A stretch of 64,000 nucleotides of DNA from Acidimicrobiia bacterium. Its GTDB lineage: Bacteria; Actinomycetota; Acidimicrobiia; Spongiisociales; JAENVV01. The stretch spans positions 64,794-128,793 of the forward strand of contig JBFKVA010000001.1 of assembly GCA_041635475.1 (NCBI GenBank). Direction: 5' to 3'. Under the pieces are notes generated by a model, which saw nothing but the letters and a program-made list of their open reading frames with translations, did not search any database and was not told the origin of the DNA. This document shows, in pieces, positions 60,187-64,000 of the stretch. The position numbers and the translations under genes are program-made. Each line of letters begins with the position of its first letter. Positions within the stretch are counted from its first letter, which is position 1.

Positions 60187-61031
60187 CCCGGACCACGGCG
60201 ATCGCGATCGCAGTCAACACCGCCTCGGGCGCCTCACTCGCCCTCGTGGCCCTGGTCGTCGACGCCCTCGGCCCGTCGGCGGGCATCGGGTGGTGGGCGC
60301 TCGGCTCGGGCCTCATCCTTGCGATCCTGGCTCCTCCCACCCTCCGCAGCCTTAGGGATGCCTTGGTCCCGGGTGCCCTCGCCGCCCTCGCCCTGGGGTC
60401 GGCGGCGTTGGCCTTGGGCAGCGCCGGCCCGGCACGTGTTGGTTCGATGGTCGTCCTGGCCCTGGCGATCGCCCCCGCCGTCGCCTCGTTCGCCCGGCTC
60501 CGGATGCCACCGGCGCCTCACCTCGGCGGCCTGTCAGGCGGGGTCCTCGGCGTCGTCGTGCTCGTCTCACTGGGCGAGGTGGACGCCGGTACGGTGCTGG
60601 CGATCGGGGCCGGCCTGGCCCTCGCCGCCCAGGCACTCGTCACGAGCCGCACGGTGGGTCTCCACCGGGTCATCGGGTTCAACGCGGTCGTCATGCTCGT
60701 CGCCGGCCTCCTCCTCACCGGCGGGAGCTTCACCACCGGGGGGTTCGGCCTGCCATCGAGGAGGGATGTCGCGGTGCTCGTTGCCGCGATCGTCCTGGCC
60801 GGTGTCGCCCTCCCGCTGGCACGGGTGCGCGTCGGTGAGCGCCTCGGTCCGTCGGCCGCACGTCACCACCTGCCGTGGTTCACGGTGGGAGCGGCGGCGG
60901 CCGGATGGTGGGACGTGCCACCCACCCGGGTGGCGGTCGCCGGCATCGCGGTCCTCCTCGTCTCGGCCTGGGTGGCGGGCCGGGGAGCCTCCGAGGTCAC
61001 CGAGGCCGAGGTACTCAGGACCGGCCCATGA
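60183..61031 (+). CDS. hypothetical polytopic membrane protein (DMT/EamA-like, 9-10 TM)
   Basis: Ala/Leu/Gly-rich TM segments. ATGA overlap with the upstream gene. Confidence 0.55.
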   Translation: MTRTTAIAIAVNTASGASLALVALVVDALGPSAGIGWWALGSGLILAILAPPTLRSLRDALVPGALAALALGSAALALGSAGPARVGSMVVLALAIAPAVASFARLRMPPAPHLGGLSGGVLGVVVLVSLGEVDAGTVLAIGAGLALAAQALVTSRTVGLHRVIGFNAVVMLVAGLLLTGGSFTTGGFGLPSRRDVAVLVAAIVLAGVALPLARVRVGERLGPSAARHHLPWFTVGAAAAGWWDVPPTRVAVAGIAVLLVSAWVAGRGASEVTEAEVLRTGP

Positions 61032-61281
61032 TCCGTTCGACCCGGGCGTACACCTTGACGGCGAGCCGTATCGCACCGACGAACGCGAAGAGGGCGAGCG
61101 CCAGGTAGGCAGTGAGCTCCATCGGTCGGAGATAGCCGAAGTCGCACGCCGTCACCCCGCCCGGGCACAGTCCGTAGCCGGAGCCGCCGGAGGCCAAGTC
61201 GAGGAGGACGAGGAGGGGAATCACGGCGATGGCGAACGCCCCCAGCAGGAGGACGGCGACGATGAGCCGGAGCCAGATCAT
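61015..61281 (-). CDS. small two-TM membrane protein with CxxxxxC between helices
   Basis: MIWLRLIVAVLLLGAFAIAVIPLLVLLDLASGGSGYGLCPGGVTACDFGYLRPMELTAYLALALFAFVGAIRLAV.... The 3' end overlaps the convergent gene by 17 nt. Confidence 0.5.
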   Translation of the reverse strand: MIWLRLIVAVLLLGAFAIAVIPLLVLLDLASGGSGYGLCPGGVTACDFGYLRPMELTAYLALALFAFVGAIRLAVKVYARVERIMGRS

Positions 61282-61368
61282 GGGAGACAGTATGCCGCGG
61301 GCCGCGGTATCCAGTGTCCTCCCCGCGGTTCTCGCACCCGCCCACCCCCTCCTTCTAGGCTGCCGTCC

Positions 61369-62958
61369 ATGCCGTACGTCGAGGAGTCCTTCACCGAAGA
61401 AGAGCGGGCCCTCCTCTCCCAGTACGTGTCCAACACCGACAAGCCGGTCTTCGCCCTCACGAACCTGCCGGAGGTGGTGAAGGGTGCGCTGTTCGCCCGG
61501 TACTCGCGGTCTCCCAAGTCGGTCCGACGACTCCTCCTCGACGAGTTCATCACGGATGTCGGTGAGGTGCCGGCCGTCCCCGGCGACCACGTCGACGCCC
61601 AGCGCGCCGCCCAACTCTACGACCGGATGTTCCTCGAGTACGGGGATGACTCGGTGGCGCAACTCGGCGGCGTTCACCTCGCCTGTGAGCAGGCCTCGAA
61701 CCTCCTCACCAAGGTCCTGGAGTGGGGTCGCCTCGCGGCCTACCTCGAGCAGTCCACCCGGTACATCTTCTACGACCAGCCCCTGGGAGGACGGTACCGG
61801 TACCACACACCGGGCGAGATCGCGGACTCTCGCCATGCCGCGGCGTACGAGACGTTCCTCGAGGAGGTGTTCGGCGCCTACTCCGAGTTCGTCACCGTCC
61901 TGATGCCGTGGTTCGAGGAGCGGTTCCCAAAGGAGGAGTCCGACTCGAACTGGGTGTGGCGTTCGACAATCCGGGCCAAGGCGTGTGACACGATCAGGGG
62001 CATGCTCCCGGCCGCAACCACCTCCAACCTGGGGATCTACGCGTCGGGTCAAGCGTTCGAGCAGGCCCTCATTCGCATGCGGGCCCATCCCCTGGGGGAA
62101 GTCCGGGCCTACGCCGACCTCATGCTCGAGGAGCTGCGCACGGTCATCCCCGAGTTCCTGACCCGCGTCGACCGCGCCGATCGGGGCGACGCGTGGTCCG
62201 CCTACCTGGACGGCACCCGACGCGCCACCGAGGCGATCGCCACCTCGCTCCCGCTGAGCGCGCCTCCCCGGGACGAGGTGACCCTCGTCGAATGGGACCC
62301 CGACGCCGAACTCAAGCTGGCGGCCGCCGCGCTCTACCCGGCATCCGACCTTCCCGACGACGTCCTCCTCGACTACGTGCGGACGCTTCCGACCTCGCAG
62401 GTCGACGCCCTCTTCGGGGCGATGGTGGGCGATCGCACGAACCGGCGACACAAGCCGGGGCGCGCCGCCGAACGGTCGTTCTACCGGTTCGACGTCCTCT
62501 CCGACTACGGCGCGTTTCGTGACCTGCAGCGTCACCGCATGCTCACCATCGAGTGGCAGCGCCTCACCACCCGCCACGGATACGTCACCCCGGACATCCT
62601 CGGCGAGACGGGGCTCGCCGATCGCTGGCACGACCTCATGGCCAGGGCCGCCGAACACTACGAGGCCATCCGCGGCGACCTGGGCAGTGACGTCGCCCAG
62701 TACGTCGTCCCGTTCGCGTATCGGATCCGGTACATGATGCAGTTCAACGCCCGCGAAGCGTTCCACCTCCTCGAACTCCGCACCCAGCCGGCGGGCCACC
62801 CGGACTACCGACGCGTCTGCCAGGAGATGCATCGCCAGATCGGCTCGGTCGCCGGCCACCACCGCGTCCACGAGGCCATGGAGTACGTCGACTACTCGGA
62901 CCCGGACCTCGAACGCCTGGAGGAAGCTCGGCGGGTCGAACGCCGAAGGGCTCAGTAG
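61369..62958 (+). CDS. thyX: tandem-domain FAD-dependent thymidylate synthase ThyX-like protein (N-terminal half degenerate, C-terminal half with RHR motif)
   Basis: The C-terminal half has the ThyX motif FRDLQRHRMLTIEWQRLTTRHGY. The N-terminal half keeps DSVAQLGG...STRY and RAKACDTIRGMLPAATTSN...IRMRA but lacks RHR. Confidence 0.6.
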   Translation: MPYVEESFTEEERALLSQYVSNTDKPVFALTNLPEVVKGALFARYSRSPKSVRRLLLDEFITDVGEVPAVPGDHVDAQRAAQLYDRMFLEYGDDSVAQLGGVHLACEQASNLLTKVLEWGRLAAYLEQSTRYIFYDQPLGGRYRYHTPGEIADSRHAAAYETFLEEVFGAYSEFVTVLMPWFEERFPKEESDSNWVWRSTIRAKACDTIRGMLPAATTSNLGIYASGQAFEQALIRMRAHPLGEVRAYADLMLEELRTVIPEFLTRVDRADRGDAWSAYLDGTRRATEAIATSLPLSAPPRDEVTLVEWDPDAELKLAAAALYPASDLPDDVLLDYVRTLPTSQVDALFGAMVGDRTNRRHKPGRAAERSFYRFDVLSDYGAFRDLQRHRMLTIEWQRLTTRHGYVTPDILGETGLADRWHDLMARAAEHYEAIRGDLGSDVAQYVVPFAYRIRYMMQFNAREAFHLLELRTQPAGHPDYRRVCQEMHRQIGSVAGHHRVHEAMEYVDYSDPDLERLEEARRVERRRAQ

Positions 62959-63007
62959 CCACCGGCGCGGGGTCGTAGACTCCGCCCTCCGCTACCCAGG
63001 ATCCCAC

Positions 63008-63229
63008 ATGGCTGCTCTCGACGTAGACGCAATGATCTCCCGCTTTGCCGACCGCGCCCAGGCGGTGAAGGACCGCCCCCTGCCACCGGTCGCGGGCAAC
63101 GAGCGCAAGCTGTTCCTCGAGGCCAAGGAGCGCGACTACCTCGACTTCAATCTCATCGGCAGCGCCCGATGGGCAGTGGAGGGCGACGACCTCGTCCTGC
63201 GCATTCCCCTGCGCCCACCCGGTGCCTGA
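63008..63229 (+). CDS. small hypothetical protein (73 aa)
   Basis: Good codon bias. Precedes the ArsA-like gene by 23 nt. Confidence 0.4.
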   Translation: MAALDVDAMISRFADRAQAVKDRPLPPVAGNERKLFLEAKERDYLDFNLIGSARWAVEGDDLVLRIPLRPPGA

Positions 63230-63252
63230 GACCCGGGTGCCGGCTGCCCCGC

Positions 63253-64000
63253 ATGCGTGTTGAGTTCGTCTCGGGCAAGGGTGGCGTCGGCAAGTCGGCC
63301 GTGGCTGCCGCCCTCGCCCGGCTGCACGCCCGACGGGGCGAGCGGGTCGTCGCCGCCGCCATGCTCCCCAACGGGGGCCTCGGCGCCCACCTGGGCCTGA
63401 CCACGTTGGGCCCGACGCCCCTGGCAGGGGTCGACGGAACGTTCGGTTTCGAGGTGCATCGGGTTGCCGCGCTGGAGGAGTACGTCCGGCTCCACTCCCC
63501 CGTGCCTCTCCTCGCCCGCCTCGGGGGCGCGATCCGGGCCTTCGACGCGTTGGCGACCGCCGCCCCCGGTGTGCGGGAGCTCATCACCATCGGCAAGATC
63601 CTCCACGACGCCGGGGACTGGGACCGGGTCATCGTCGACGCGGTCCCCACCGGGCAGCTGGGGTCGTACCTCGCCGCCCCGGATGTCATCCGGGGCCTCA
63701 TTCCCTCCGGCCGGGTGGCCGAACAGGCCACCAGGCTCATCGGCGACTTGCGACACTCGTCAACCGTGCACTTCGTCACGATCGCCGAGGAGCTCCCGAT
63801 CACCGAGACCCTGGAGGCGATCGAGGAGTTGAAGGGCCTCCCGTCGCCCCTGGGGACCGTGTTCGTGAACCGCACCCTCCTTCCCCTGCCTACGATCCCG
63901 CCCACCGGTGGTCCGGTGCGCGAGGCAGCCCTCCTCCAACAGTCCCTCGCCGAGCACCAAGCCGCGTGGCGGGCCAGGGTTCCTCCCGGTCCGGTGCTTC
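63253..64000 (+). CDS. ArsA/Get3-like anion-transporting ATPase family protein (partial, runs off window end)
   Basis: MRVEFVSGKGGVGKSAVAAALA deviant P-loop. Not in the ORF track because there is no stop inside the window. Confidence 0.7.
   Translation, partial: MRVEFVSGKGGVGKSAVAAALARLHARRGERVVAAAMLPNGGLGAHLGLTTLGPTPLAGVDGTFGFEVHRVAALEEYVRLHSPVPLLARLGGAIRAFDALATAAPGVRELITIGKILHDAGDWDRVIVDAVPTGQLGSYLAAPDVIRGLIPSGRVAEQATRLIGDLRHSSTVHFVTIAEELPITETLEAIEELKGLPSPLGTVFVNRTLLPLPTIPPTGGPVREAALLQQSLAEHQAAWRARVPPGPVL

Noticed and set aside
1-64000. CRISPR arrays, rRNA genes, intact IS elements or integrases
   Set aside because: No regularly spaced direct repeats, no rRNA-like conserved stretches, and no transposase or integrase-like ORFs were found on either strand. 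The only mobile-element signatures are the att-like tRNA fragment repeats.

Overview
High-GC actinobacterial chromosomal window (Acidimicrobiia/Actinomycetia-like), mostly core genome with strong mycobacterial/streptomycete synteny. Gene identities come from recognisable motifs in the supplied translations. Coordinates I derived by hand (start re-assignments, tRNAs, repeats, hairpins) may be off by 1-2 nt.

Main contents, all largely on the minus strand:
- Complete Pup-proteasome locus: arc/mpa, dop, pup, prcB, prcA, then surE and a partial pafA. The 58-aa pup gene is absent from the ORF track and was found by manual translation.
- DNA-repair and housekeeping block: uvrA, a SAM-methyltransferase, uvrC, rapZ, yvcK, pgk, tpiA, gpmA, secG, tRNA-Leu(GAG); also uvrB, coaE, rpsA, polA, tRNA-Leu(CAA).
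- Partial trp cluster: trpE, ygfZ-like, trpC, trpF, trpB, trpA.
- Signalling genes: a PAS-GGDEF-EAL protein, a NarL-type two-component pair, a TadZ/CpaE-like ATPase next to a histidine kinase with a degenerate ATPase domain, and a SARP regulator.
- Transporters (two MFS, one MATE) and several small secreted or membrane proteins.

Most notable observations: both tRNA-Leu genes are followed by decayed tRNA-Leu 3'-half-like direct repeats and hairpin repeats that bracket small accessory islets lacking integrases. One islet holds LtrA, a truncated Ddn-like fragment, VOC and a secreted protein; the other holds DUF4242 and a frameshifted SARP regulator. These look like relics of tRNA-targeting integrative elements. 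An adjacent three-gene module (pseudo-receiver ParA-type ATPase, histidine kinase with degenerate ATPase, coiled-coil/Cys protein) is the best candidate for an uncharacterised system. No CRISPR array, rRNA or intact IS/integrase was seen.
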